Part shown: one piece after another, positions 37,276 to 45,825 of the stretch
How positions within the stretch are numbered: the first letter of the stretch is position 1
How the letters are laid out: every line of letters begins with the position of its first letter
IMG/VR virus record: IMGVR_UViG_3300020429_000529
Span: 1-64,000 of that record
DNA: 64,000 nucleotides
Strand: one strand, 5' to 3'
Source of the DNA: a virus
Translations under genes and position numbers: made by a program
Notes under the pieces: model-generated
The model's input: the letters and a program-made list of their open reading frames with translations, nothing else
Told to the model about the DNA's origin: nothing
The model's database searches: none

Positions 37276-37887
37276 ATGTATTTTGTCGTTGACCTTGAAG
37301 CTACCTGCTGGGAAAGACGAAAGGCCAGGGACAGAAACGAAATCATTGAGATTGGACTGGTAGTTTGTAATGACGATGGCGAGTCCATCGGTTCCTATCA
37401 GTCTTTCGTCAAACCTCGTTTCACTCCCAGGCTTTCGAGCTTTTGCAAGCGACTCACAAAGATCGACCAAAAGTGGATCGACGAAGCGCCTCCGCTGCGC
37501 GAAGTTTTGTCATTCATGCTTGGCGACATTGAAAACAAATATGAGATTAGTTCTCAAGAGACTCCTTGGGCCGCTTTTGGCAACTGGGACAAGAAATGCT
37601 TGCAGAGAGACTGCGAGAGGAATGATACGCTCTTCCCTTTTGGTCGATGTATAGATCTGAAATCTCTGTATACAAACTTCAGCGGTTGCGACCAATGCGG
37701 TTTGAGAGCGGCTGTAAAAAGAGAAAAACTACAGTGGGAAGGCAAACATCACAGGGCGCTTGACGATGCGATCAATGCTGCAAAGCTTGCTCGCATTTTG
37801 GTCACGCCAGAAATACTGAAGCTCGCCCGCGAGGAAGAGATCTATGCCACAGACGAATACGGAATGGACATTATCCCCGACGATTGA
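37276..37887 (+). CDS. DEDDh 3'-5' exonuclease (ERI1/KapD-like)
   Basis: VVDLEATCW, EIIEIG, LSSFCKRLTKI, HHRALDDA. Confidence 0.92.
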   Translation: MYFVVDLEATCWERRKARDRNEIIEIGLVVCNDDGESIGSYQSFVKPRFTPRLSSFCKRLTKIDQKWIDEAPPLREVLSFMLGDIENKYEISSQETPWAAFGNWDKKCLQRDCERNDTLFPFGRCIDLKSLYTNFSGCDQCGLRAAVKREKLQWEGKHHRALDDAINAAKLARILVTPEILKLAREEEIYATDEYGMDIIPDD

Positions 37888-38929
37888 TCGTCGCCCGATT
37901 GCGGTCATCAATGCATACGGACACAACACAAGTCCTTGCTCAACTGACGATGACTATCCCGAAGAGATTGAGAGGTACGGAGCATGTTGGTGGCGAGGCC
38001 CCAATGCTACGACTAATCTCATCAGCAGGATTCAGGGTCACTACGATGCTGGTTATCGCCGCATTATGATGAACCGTCCCAACGGAACAACGGAGCATCC
38101 TCTTGTTCCGAGTCCGATTTGGGGAGCGTTGTTCGACTATAAGAAGGCGCAATGGCTCGATGAACTCAAGGAATACTTGACCTCGATGCCCGATCTCGAT
38201 TTTGGTATCTACTACGGTTTTCGCCCGACAAGTTCTTGCGAAAGCTTTGATATGTCAAGTTCGAACATTCGAGTTCCAGATCTTACAAGACGAGAAGACG
38301 TTGAATGGTACAAGTGCAACTATGGCCCTCTAAGGGACATAGGGGTTAAGTTCTTGATTCTTGATACAGCGGCAAGCGATTCTAACAGAGGCGCTTTTGA
38401 GGAACTTGCTGCAATCATGTGGTCTCATGGCATCAAGCTTATGGGCGAAGCTATTCCTAAGCTACAGAATCAGACTCTTCCTAATGGGCAGACTGGTAAC
38501 TTAATTGATTCTGATGCTCTTGATCGAGGCTCATACATCTTCCTTGAACAGCATATTCGAAATGGCGCTGCAAACCAGAATGGTTGGCCGTATTGGGAGA
38601 TTGATTCATCAACCCAAGAGGCTCATCTGATGTTGCAGGGTAACTCGAATCTTGGAACCGATGTTCAAACGCCAGATTCAGAGAACTTTCTTCAAGACTG
38701 GTTTTCAAGAGGCTTTACGGTAAGCGTCTGGAATGTCGGAGCATGGTTTTACAACTATGTTATACAGACTTTCGGAGGTTCGGGAGTCGGCATTGATATG
38801 CCAACAGGATTCCCGTTTATAGCTGGTCAGTTTGGGCATAGTATCGGTTCTCAATCAGGAACCGTTGTTTCAGGAAGCACCACGGCTTCGGCGCAGACTG
38901 GATCTACGCAAATACAACAGAACTTTTAG
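37844..38929 (+). CDS. putative glycoside-hydrolase-like domain protein (paralog of the C-terminus of 14970-16694)
   Basis: RRPIAVIN...GYRRIMMNRPNG...DFGIYYGF...DIGVKFLILD...MGEAIP. Confidence 0.7.
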   Translation: MPQTNTEWTLSPTIDRRPIAVINAYGHNTSPCSTDDDYPEEIERYGACWWRGPNATTNLISRIQGHYDAGYRRIMMNRPNGTTEHPLVPSPIWGALFDYKKAQWLDELKEYLTSMPDLDFGIYYGFRPTSSCESFDMSSSNIRVPDLTRREDVEWYKCNYGPLRDIGVKFLILDTAASDSNRGAFEELAAIMWSHGIKLMGEAIPKLQNQTLPNGQTGNLIDSDALDRGSYIFLEQHIRNGAANQNGWPYWEIDSSTQEAHLMLQGNSNLGTDVQTPDSENFLQDWFSRGFTVSVWNVGAWFYNYVIQTFGGSGVGIDMPTGFPFIAGQFGHSIGSQSGTVVSGSTTASAQTGSTQIQQNF

Positions 38930-39768
38930 GGCGAGATGGATTGCATCATCTCGACAAGCATGTTGTCTCGGTTGCCTGTCTGGTTTTCGCGGAACCATCT
39001 TGAATCCATCATCTCTTCAGCCGCCCAGTTGTAGTCTTGTTGTCGAAGGGCCTTCTGTAGCTCTTTGAATCCCCGGAGACGAGGGCCTCCCATGTTGTAG
39101 GCCATGTCGATGATGACTTTCTGAGCGGTTGGATGCAGGTTATTGAGTCCTCCGCTAAACTCGTTCGCAATATCGTATGCTTCTTTGATTACATGATTAC
39201 GAAGACTGTCGGCATCTGATCGAGTGATTGCTTCTGAGCCATCATGAACAGCTTGGAAGTTGTGACCAAGATTTTCAATAAGCTGACGAGCATCAGGACG
39301 GTTTAGGTTGAATCCAAACCCGATCGATCGGTTTGTTGGCGTGTCTTGATACGAGTAGGGTTCAAACCCTTCGTTGTCAGAAACAAACTCAGCCATCTCT
39401 TCAAAAGAGATCAAGGAGTTAGACTGCCTGGGCTGTTCGGCCTGAGGTTCTGGTTGCGGCGCAGCTTCAGGCGCGGGCTGCTGAATCTGCGGAGCCTGAT
39501 AAAGTTGCTGAGCTTGAGGTTGCGTTATTTGCTGAGCAGGTCGAGACTGTATAGTCTGAATCACCTGCCTGGGGATTTGCTGAAGTTGGGCTTCGGCAAC
39601 ATCTGGCTGTTGCTCGACCATTTGCCTTGCTTGTTGAGCAGGCATCCCAAAATAGATGGCGAGAAGCATGACAGATCCTCCGATTCCAAGAGTTGAAAGG
39701 AGGGTCGTGTTGAACTGTCGCCAGTTCCAGTCGCCATCTGCTTGAATTTGCCGATACCAGTTCTGCAT
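38926..39768 (-). CDS. GH24 (T4-like) lysozyme with NWY leader, TM helix and Q/P-rich linker
   Basis: NEGF..YSYQDT...SIGFGFNL; IDMAYNMG..RL.GF..L..AL...DY..AAEEMMDSRW; starts MQNWYRQIQA. Confidence 0.88.
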   Translation of the reverse strand: MQNWYRQIQADGDWNWRQFNTTLLSTLGIGGSVMLLAIYFGMPAQQARQMVEQQPDVAEAQLQQIPRQVIQTIQSRPAQQITQPQAQQLYQAPQIQQPAPEAAPQPEPQAEQPRQSNSLISFEEMAEFVSDNEGFEPYSYQDTPTNRSIGFGFNLNRPDARQLIENLGHNFQAVHDGSEAITRSDADSLRNHVIKEAYDIANEFSGGLNNLHPTAQKVIIDMAYNMGGPRLRGFKELQKALRQQDYNWAAEEMMDSRWFRENQTGNRDNMLVEMMQSISP

Positions 39769-39775
39769 ACCCATA

Positions 39776-39803
39776 TATTCGGCTTTGGGGCCGAGCTTCC
39801 TTC
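39776..39803 (-). promoter_or_regulatory. putative phage (late) promoter
   Basis: GAAGGA-N16-CGAATA, 7 nt before the ATG of MQNWY. Confidence 0.55.
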
Positions 39804-39881
39804 AACTTTTGTGTCGAAGGACTTTTGATGTAAGGTTTGAAAGGGAATTGGTCGATTAGACCATTAAGAGAGCGAGCGAAA

Positions 39882-40211
39882 ATGGGAGATGACGACATGA
39901 AGACCGCCAACAAGGAAAGCCAACTGAAGATCGATGCCATGGAGCAGGCGTCTCAGCTTATTGACGCTATGCGGGCTGCCAAGACGAATCCCGTCGTCAA
40001 GATCGATGGAGAGACCCTGAGGGTCTACAAAGAGCTTGAGGAATGGGGCTGGTTTGAGCAGTTCCCCATCGAAGATCAGAAGAACGACTGGATGTATCGA
40101 ACCATGCTGGCGATGACGCAGTACCGCCATCTCCGCTGGGCAAAAGAGCATCCTCCCAAGCCTCAAAAGAGCAAGTGGGAAGTCGTTATGGGCAAAAAGC
40201 CTCGCAGATGA
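39882..40211 (+). CDS. hypothetical protein
   Basis: First gene of a long coupled plus-strand operon. Confidence 0.65.
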   Translation: MGDDDMKTANKESQLKIDAMEQASQLIDAMRAAKTNPVVKIDGETLRVYKELEEWGWFEQFPIEDQKNDWMYRTMLAMTQYRHLRWAKEHPPKPQKSKWEVVMGKKPRR

Positions 40212-40423
40212 ATCAGGTAGTAGCCGTTACATTTTTGGGCGGACTCGACTATCGAGGGTATGAAGTTACGCATCTGCTGTATGAAAAGCAGATCAAACAC
40301 AAGTTTGTTTACATCGAAGATGACTACATACTTCGTCTTCATGGGTTGCGGGAGCTTCAAGGCTTCGAGTCGATAGTTAAATACCTGGAAAGGTACGAAT
40401 ACATTGCTGATCTCTGGTGTTAG
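40208..40423 (+). CDS. small hypothetical protein
   Basis: ATGA coupling. Confidence 0.6.
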   Translation: MNQVVAVTFLGGLDYRGYEVTHLLYEKQIKHKFVYIEDDYILRLHGLRELQGFESIVKYLERYEYIADLWC

Positions 40424-40757
40424 TGCGCTCGCTTTCTTCATCATGGCCGTCATTGCGGCCTTTGGTATGGCCGTGATTGTCGTCGAGAAGGGCGACGAAT
40501 GGCCTGCGAAGCTTGGCGTTGGCCCTATTCGTTTTCTTCTATCGCTGATCTATCCAAAGTTTGCAGAAATGTTTGACTGTCCGGTTTGCACAGCATTCTG
40601 GACAGGTTTGATAGCAGATTTTGTCATTTTTCTCATATCGGGTTACGCTTACTTCTTGTGGCCCCTGACTGGTTTTGCGGCATCAGGGATGGCGTGGCTG
40701 GCGTATGAGCTTCTTGGCGTTTTGGATGACGGCGATAGCGGAGATGAGACCGAATAA
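40404..40757 (+). CDS. membrane protein, DUF1360-like (CxxCxxFW)
   Basis: Three hydrophobic segments, FDCPVCTAFW. Confidence 0.7.
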   Translation: MLISGVSALAFFIMAVIAAFGMAVIVVEKGDEWPAKLGVGPIRFLLSLIYPKFAEMFDCPVCTAFWTGLIADFVIFLISGYAYFLWPLTGFAASGMAWLAYELLGVLDDGDSGDETE

Positions 40758-40989
40758 CCATATCCGAATTGCTGGTCTCGGCGTATCTTGGCCCGAGGGC
40801 TATTCGTGGATCTACAAAGAAAAGCTCGATGAAGTAGGTCTTTGCGCCAAAGTCATCGAATGTAGAAAAAGCAAGAAAGAGTATGTGGCATACTCGCATC
40901 GCCCGTTCACCAAATCTGAAGCGGACCTGGTGCTAAGTCTCTTGCTGGATGGAGAAACGGATGAAATGGGCGAGGAAGAACAGAGTTAG
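40744..40989 (+). CDS. small hypothetical protein
   Basis: GGAG-proximal ATG; overlaps both neighbours. Confidence 0.55.
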   Translation: MRPNNHIRIAGLGVSWPEGYSWIYKEKLDEVGLCAKVIECRKSKKEYVAYSHRPFTKSEADLVLSLLLDGETDEMGEEEQS

Positions 40990-42046
40990 CACCAGGACAT
41001 CGATTGTCACATGCGTGATTTCGTGTCTTGTAATCGCTGGTTGCGCGAGTTGGTTTGAAAGAGACAGCGGACGACGGGGCGATATAGATGCGCCGCCTGA
41101 AAGACCGTCTCTTGTGGATGAAGGCGAGCTTGCTGGGCAAATCGCCGAAGACCTTGGTGGAGTCGCGGAGAACGTTGGAGAATCTGCCGATTCTATAGAC
41201 AGGCACGCAAACGATATCGAAGCTGCAACTCCTCCTGAGAGTCGTCCAGCTATCAAGCCCAGTCTTGACGGAATTGGTCAAGAGACCGACGAGTTAAGGC
41301 AAGCAGAATCAGAAGTTCGCCGACTTGAAGGTCGAGTGACTGACTTGCAAGGCGACCTCGTAACAGAGCAAGAAAGGGTGAAGAACTGGACCGACTATGC
41401 ATCAGAAGCAGAGGCGGAAAACGCCAAGCTGCTCGATCAGATCCGAGAACTGAGAGACAAGAACGCTCAGCAGTTCAAGCAGATGCTTGCGTGGATCGGC
41501 GTTGTATCGGTCGCAGGCATCGGCGTCTGTCTCGTTTTGGCGATTTGGACTCGCAGCAAGGTGGCAATCGCTGTTGCTGTCGGGTTTGCAGCGACCCTTG
41601 CAACCTCGATCGCAGTAACAATGTTCATGAAAGAAATCGCGCTTGTGACAATCATTGTCCTTGGCACGGCCTTCTTGGGCGTTATCGGTTACGTCGGATG
41701 GCAGTTCTTTGCGTCGAGAAAGATGGAGGAAGAGCTTGTTCATACGGGCGAGCTTGCAAAGCAGTACCTTCCGCTTGAGGCTCGTGAGAAGCTCTTCGGT
41801 TATGGGGCTGAGCCAGGCAAGGTTGATGAGATACAAAGCAAGGTCACAAAGGAGCGGGTGAAGCAGATTAGGGAGTATAATGACAAGAAGCGAGTCGGGA
41901 AGAATGCTCCAAGAGTACCCGAACTCTATCGCCCCGGCCACTCAGCTATTACTGAACCCCAAGTAGTTTCGGGACAGCAAGTCGCATTTGCGCCTGGCGG
42001 CGGCGACTTCATTGTGCCAGAGACCGCAACAGGAACGGTCGTCTAA
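40961..42046 (+). CDS. lipoprotein with coiled coil and three C-terminal TM helices (spanin-like architecture)
   Basis: Lipobox VIAG-C; long heptad region; three hydrophobic helices; basic tail. Confidence 0.7.
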   Translation: MKWARKNRVSTRTSIVTCVISCLVIAGCASWFERDSGRRGDIDAPPERPSLVDEGELAGQIAEDLGGVAENVGESADSIDRHANDIEAATPPESRPAIKPSLDGIGQETDELRQAESEVRRLEGRVTDLQGDLVTEQERVKNWTDYASEAEAENAKLLDQIRELRDKNAQQFKQMLAWIGVVSVAGIGVCLVLAIWTRSKVAIAVAVGFAATLATSIAVTMFMKEIALVTIIVLGTAFLGVIGYVGWQFFASRKMEEELVHTGELAKQYLPLEAREKLFGYGAEPGKVDEIQSKVTKERVKQIREYNDKKRVGKNAPRVPELYRPGHSAITEPQVVSGQQVAFAPGGGDFIVPETATGTVV

Positions 42047-42103
42047 GGCGCTACTTGTCTGTTTGCTATTGCCCTACTTGTTTGAGATGAAGATGGGAGC
42101 GAA

Positions 42104-42928
42104 ATGAAGACCGAAGAGGAAATCAACTGTCTGTGGGACAGGCTTGAAGAGCAAAAGAAGAGCGATAAACCGGATCCAGATGAAGTTCTTGCTGTCAGGA
42201 ACGAGCTTGCGTCCGAGTTTTACAGTATCGTTGAAGACGTTGCATCTCGTATGGCTTTGAAGCTGAAAGAGATCACGGCAGAAGAATGCGCATCATACGG
42301 CGTAGACGGACTGTACGAGGCTATTGATAAGTTTGACAGAGAGCGAGGGGTCAAGTTCAGGACTTTTGCTCCGCACCGCATCAAGGGAGCCATCCTCGAC
42401 AATATCCGCAAGGCGGACTGGGTTCCTCGTCTTGTTCGGCATCGCAACAATCTCATCGAGAAACATCGCAGTGCTTACTACAAGGAGCATGGGGAACATC
42501 CTACCGATAAGCAGCTTGCTAAGCTGATTGGCATGCCAGTCGCAGAGCTTCGCAAGATTGCCAAAAAGTCAAGGCCTGTCAATGTTGTTAGCCTCAACGC
42601 TACGCCAGCGAGCTATAATGACAGCGACGGAGAAGGAGATGATCTGACTCATGTAACCGGCGAGATTCATGACCCAATGGACGGAATGCTCCGCAGAGAG
42701 ATGTTCCAGAAGTTCATGGGCAAGAACTTCACCAAGCTTGAGCGGAAAATCATTTACCTGCATTACTACGAGGGTTTGACGATGAAAGAAATCGCAGATG
42801 AAACAAACTTCTCTGAGTCTCGCATCAGTCAGATGCATGGCGAGGTAATGCGTCGTCTCCGAGAGAAGGTGGAAAGAAACCCCCAGTACGCCGCCAATCT
42901 CGAAGCCATGTTCCAAGCCGCAAGCTGA
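42104..42928 (+). CDS. RNA polymerase sigma factor, FliA/WhiG (sigma28-like) family
   Basis: GLYEAIDKFDRERGVKFRTFAPHRIKGAILDNIRKADWVPR; region 4 YYEGLTMKEIA...SESRISQMH. Confidence 0.93.
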   Translation: MKTEEEINCLWDRLEEQKKSDKPDPDEVLAVRNELASEFYSIVEDVASRMALKLKEITAEECASYGVDGLYEAIDKFDRERGVKFRTFAPHRIKGAILDNIRKADWVPRLVRHRNNLIEKHRSAYYKEHGEHPTDKQLAKLIGMPVAELRKIAKKSRPVNVVSLNATPASYNDSDGEGDDLTHVTGEIHDPMDGMLRREMFQKFMGKNFTKLERKIIYLHYYEGLTMKEIADETNFSESRISQMHGEVMRRLREKVERNPQYAANLEAMFQAAS

Positions 42929-42937
42929 GGACTGGTC

Positions 42938-43441
42938 ATGAAAGCAATAGTTGGCGATATCACCAAGCTGAACGATGTCGATGTCATCGTTAATGCTGCT
43001 AATGGTATTGGAGTAATGGGGGCAGGCGTTGCGGGAGCAATCGCTCGATCAATGGGCGAGAAAGCTGCTGCGGCTGTCCGAGATTACTGCAAAGAAAACG
43101 GCCCCTTTGAACCAGGCTCCTGCTATGCCACTGACGCAGGATTGCTGAAAAGACGAGGGATCAAGAAGGTTTACCATGCAGTAACCATGAAATACCCCGG
43201 TCAACCGTCGTCTTTGACCGTGGTCGAGCGGGCCTTGAAATCCGTTGCGATGGAGGCAATAATAGACGGCGAACAGTCGATCGCTATCCCGGGACTCGGG
43301 ACTGGTATCGGCGGACTCAACCCTTCCCAGGTTGCAAATAGAATGGCGACAGTCCTATTGCCCTACGTTGGGCAATTGGACATCACTGTCGTTGATCGAA
43401 ACGAGGGCTTTATAGAGGCAGTATTGAATGCGATAAAGTGA
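42938..43441 (+). CDS. macro domain (ADP-ribose-processing) protein
   Basis: GDIT, VIVNAAN..G.MGAGVAGAI, IAIPGLGTGIGG. Confidence 0.93.
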   Translation: MKAIVGDITKLNDVDVIVNAANGIGVMGAGVAGAIARSMGEKAAAAVRDYCKENGPFEPGSCYATDAGLLKRRGIKKVYHAVTMKYPGQPSSLTVVERALKSVAMEAIIDGEQSIAIPGLGTGIGGLNPSQVANRMATVLLPYVGQLDITVVDRNEGFIEAVLNAIK

Positions 43442-43448
43442 GAGCAAC

Positions 43449-44072
43449 ATGGGACATTTGACTATTCCAACTCTGGTATTGAACAAGGCCTGGCAGCCGA
43501 TTGCTGTTGCCACGGTTCGTCGTGCAGTTGTTCAGGTTGCCGTTGATTCGGCAAAGTTCCTGGACGAAAACTACATGCTTTACGACCTGGATTCTTGGCT
43601 TGAGCTTCCTATCCCCGATGGCGAGGAAGGGATTTCGCTCGCGCATGGCAAGTTCATGCGGATTCCCGAGATCATGGTTCTGACGAGCTACGACAAGTTC
43701 CCCGAGCGCGAAGTCAAGTTGACCCGTCGCAATCTACTGGTGCGCGACCGATACACTTGCCAATACACGGGAATGAGGATGTCGGCGCGCGATGCAACGA
43801 TCGACCACGTTATGCCTCAGTCTCGCGGAGGCGGAACGACTTGGGATAACGTTGTTATCTGCTCTGTTGATGCGAACCGCCGCAAGGCTGACAAGACGCC
43901 TGAAGAGGCGGGTATGAAGCTGTTGACTAAGCCGGCAAAGCCTGCTTGGAATCCTGCGTACTCAAAGTTCGCCAGGTTGTCTGCCACATCTCGTGTTCCT
44001 GATTCTTGGAAGAAGTTCTTGCCGAAGAATTGGGATATGCAGGAGTATTGGGATATTGAAATACAGGAATAA
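43449..44072 (+). CDS. HNH endonuclease
   Basis: TLVLN, TRRNLLVRDRYTCQYTG, TIDHVMPQSRGG..TWDNVV...N..K..KTPEEAGM. Confidence 0.92.
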   Translation: MGHLTIPTLVLNKAWQPIAVATVRRAVVQVAVDSAKFLDENYMLYDLDSWLELPIPDGEEGISLAHGKFMRIPEIMVLTSYDKFPEREVKLTRRNLLVRDRYTCQYTGMRMSARDATIDHVMPQSRGGGTTWDNVVICSVDANRRKADKTPEEAGMKLLTKPAKPAWNPAYSKFARLSATSRVPDSWKKFLPKNWDMQEYWDIEIQE

Positions 44073-44075
44073 CGG

Positions 44076-44756
44076 ATGATACGTCGTCATGTCAGGTACT
44101 CTGCGGTAAAGCAGAGAGGCCAAATCAAGAAATGGAAAGGTAAACTCGAAGGAGTGCCTTGCTTCATACTGGGAAATGGCCCAAGCCTGAATGACGAAGA
44201 CATCTCTCTGTTGAATCCCTACTTCACCATTGGTATCAATCGGGCTTTCCTAAAGCTGGACCCGACGATACTGATGTGGCAGGATGTCGAGCTTTGGTAT
44301 ACCGAGAGAAAGAAGGTCATTCGACTTTCTGCGCTCAAGGTCTGTCGAAACACGGCTGATCCGCAAAACAGGTTCTATCACTTCAAGATTCAGCCCGGGA
44401 ACTTCGCTATGCCGAAGCACCCGGGCTGTTTGCATGGCTTTGGGGCAACAGGCCCTCTTGCGATGCAGTTTGCTCATTCTCTTGGTTGCAATCCGATTGT
44501 CATGCTCGGTATGGATTGCGAACACCGAGGACAGGCGACCAACTTCTACGGAATCAACAGGCACCATCGCCCCCATACCATGCGGAACTGTTCTCGCGGT
44601 CTCAAATGGGCGAAGAAGTCGATTACCGATCGAGAGCTAATCAACTGCTCAGCGAACAGCGAATGGCCTCAGGAGAAGCTTGAGGACGTTCTCAAGAGAA
44701 TCGACAGCAAATGGAAGCAAGACCGAGCGCATTATGTGAGCTTGTTGACGAGATGA
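44076..44756 (+). CDS. MptE/Maf-like (DUF115-type) glycosyltransferase-fold protein
   Basis: CFILGNGPSL, TIGINR, GCNPIVMLGMD, INCS. Confidence 0.75.
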   Translation: MIRRHVRYSAVKQRGQIKKWKGKLEGVPCFILGNGPSLNDEDISLLNPYFTIGINRAFLKLDPTILMWQDVELWYTERKKVIRLSALKVCRNTADPQNRFYHFKIQPGNFAMPKHPGCLHGFGATGPLAMQFAHSLGCNPIVMLGMDCEHRGQATNFYGINRHHRPHTMRNCSRGLKWAKKSITDRELINCSANSEWPQEKLEDVLKRIDSKWKQDRAHYVSLLTR

Positions 44757-45472
44757 AGTTTCGAGAGCGCAAAAAGTATCCGATCGAAGCATGGTCCAAT
44801 ATCATCGAGGGTCATCCTGCTTTCATTCTCGGCAATGGTCCCTCTCTATTGGAGAACGATCTAACGCTAATAGAGCAAGCCTTTTCAATCGGTCTCAACA
44901 GAATCTACCAAGTGTTTGATCCTACCATCTTGTTGTGGCAAGACAAAGGTCTCTACAGGGATGGTATACATCATCTCGATAACTGCGCTGCTATCAAGTG
45001 CTGCAGAGTTGCGGTAGACCGAGAAGGAAGATGGACAAACTTTCGTCTTGAAAGCAATCCATACAAGTTCCATAACAAGCCCCATCATCTTTGGGGCTTT
45101 GGTTGTTCTGGTGCTTTGGGCGTTCAGTTGGCTGTAGCCATGGGCGCAAATGCGATCGTTATGCTTGGCATGGATTGCGACTATGAAGGACCAGACAAAA
45201 CCGACTTCTACGGGAAGAACGAAGACCATCGTCCTCATACTGTTCGCAACTTTCATAAAGCGGCGAAGTGGATTCAGAGGGATTGCCCGGTGCCGGTATA
45301 CAACTGCGGACGGGCAAAGTATTGGCCTCGCATCACTCTTGAAGAAGCGGTAGAGAAAACGCAACCCACTCCTGTGACTCGCCTTCAATGGCTGAGTCGG
45401 CTTTCTGTTGAAGGTGAAGCCTCTGGACGTTATGCTGTAGGGGATGACAGAATGGGAGACTGTCCACTTTGA
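44753..45472 (+). CDS. MptE/Maf-like glycosyltransferase-fold protein (tandem paralog)
   Basis: AFILGNGPSL, SIGLNR, DPTILLWQD, MGANAIVMLGMDC, HRPHT, all shared with the upstream gene. Confidence 0.75.
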   Translation: MKFRERKKYPIEAWSNIIEGHPAFILGNGPSLLENDLTLIEQAFSIGLNRIYQVFDPTILLWQDKGLYRDGIHHLDNCAAIKCCRVAVDREGRWTNFRLESNPYKFHNKPHHLWGFGCSGALGVQLAVAMGANAIVMLGMDCDYEGPDKTDFYGKNEDHRPHTVRNFHKAAKWIQRDCPVPVYNCGRAKYWPRITLEEAVEKTQPTPVTRLQWLSRLSVEGEASGRYAVGDDRMGDCPL

Positions 45473-45821
45473 GGACGAGGATCTTCCTCGCGCCTTTACT
45501 CGTTACCGAGGGGTCCACTGTATATGCGAACCTTCTTCCAAAAACTCTGGTAAGTACGACGCTTCAGCGACGACTTCGGAAGGAGATTGGCAGCAGGGGC
45601 CGTATAAACTTGTTCACATCCTTGAAACATGGAATGAAAAAGACTTCGAAGGGATCGCCACTCTAAAGCAAGCGCAAGAGCTTTGCATCAAGGCAGTGGA
45701 CCTCTATCACGAAGGCAAGATCAAGCCGACATACACTGAGCGATCTCGCAAGTCTGCGAACAATGTGAAGTCCGCAGTAAAGACAGGCACCAACGTTCGT
45801 AGGAAGAAGTCTCGCAGGTAA
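45444..45821 (+). CDS. hypothetical protein
   Basis: Operonic ORF with a basic tail. Confidence 0.6.
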   Translation: MTEWETVHFEDEDLPRAFTRYRGVHCICEPSSKNSGKYDASATTSEGDWQQGPYKLVHILETWNEKDFEGIATLKQAQELCIKAVDLYHEGKIKPTYTERSRKSANNVKSAVKTGTNVRRKKSRR

Positions 45822-45825
45822 CAGC

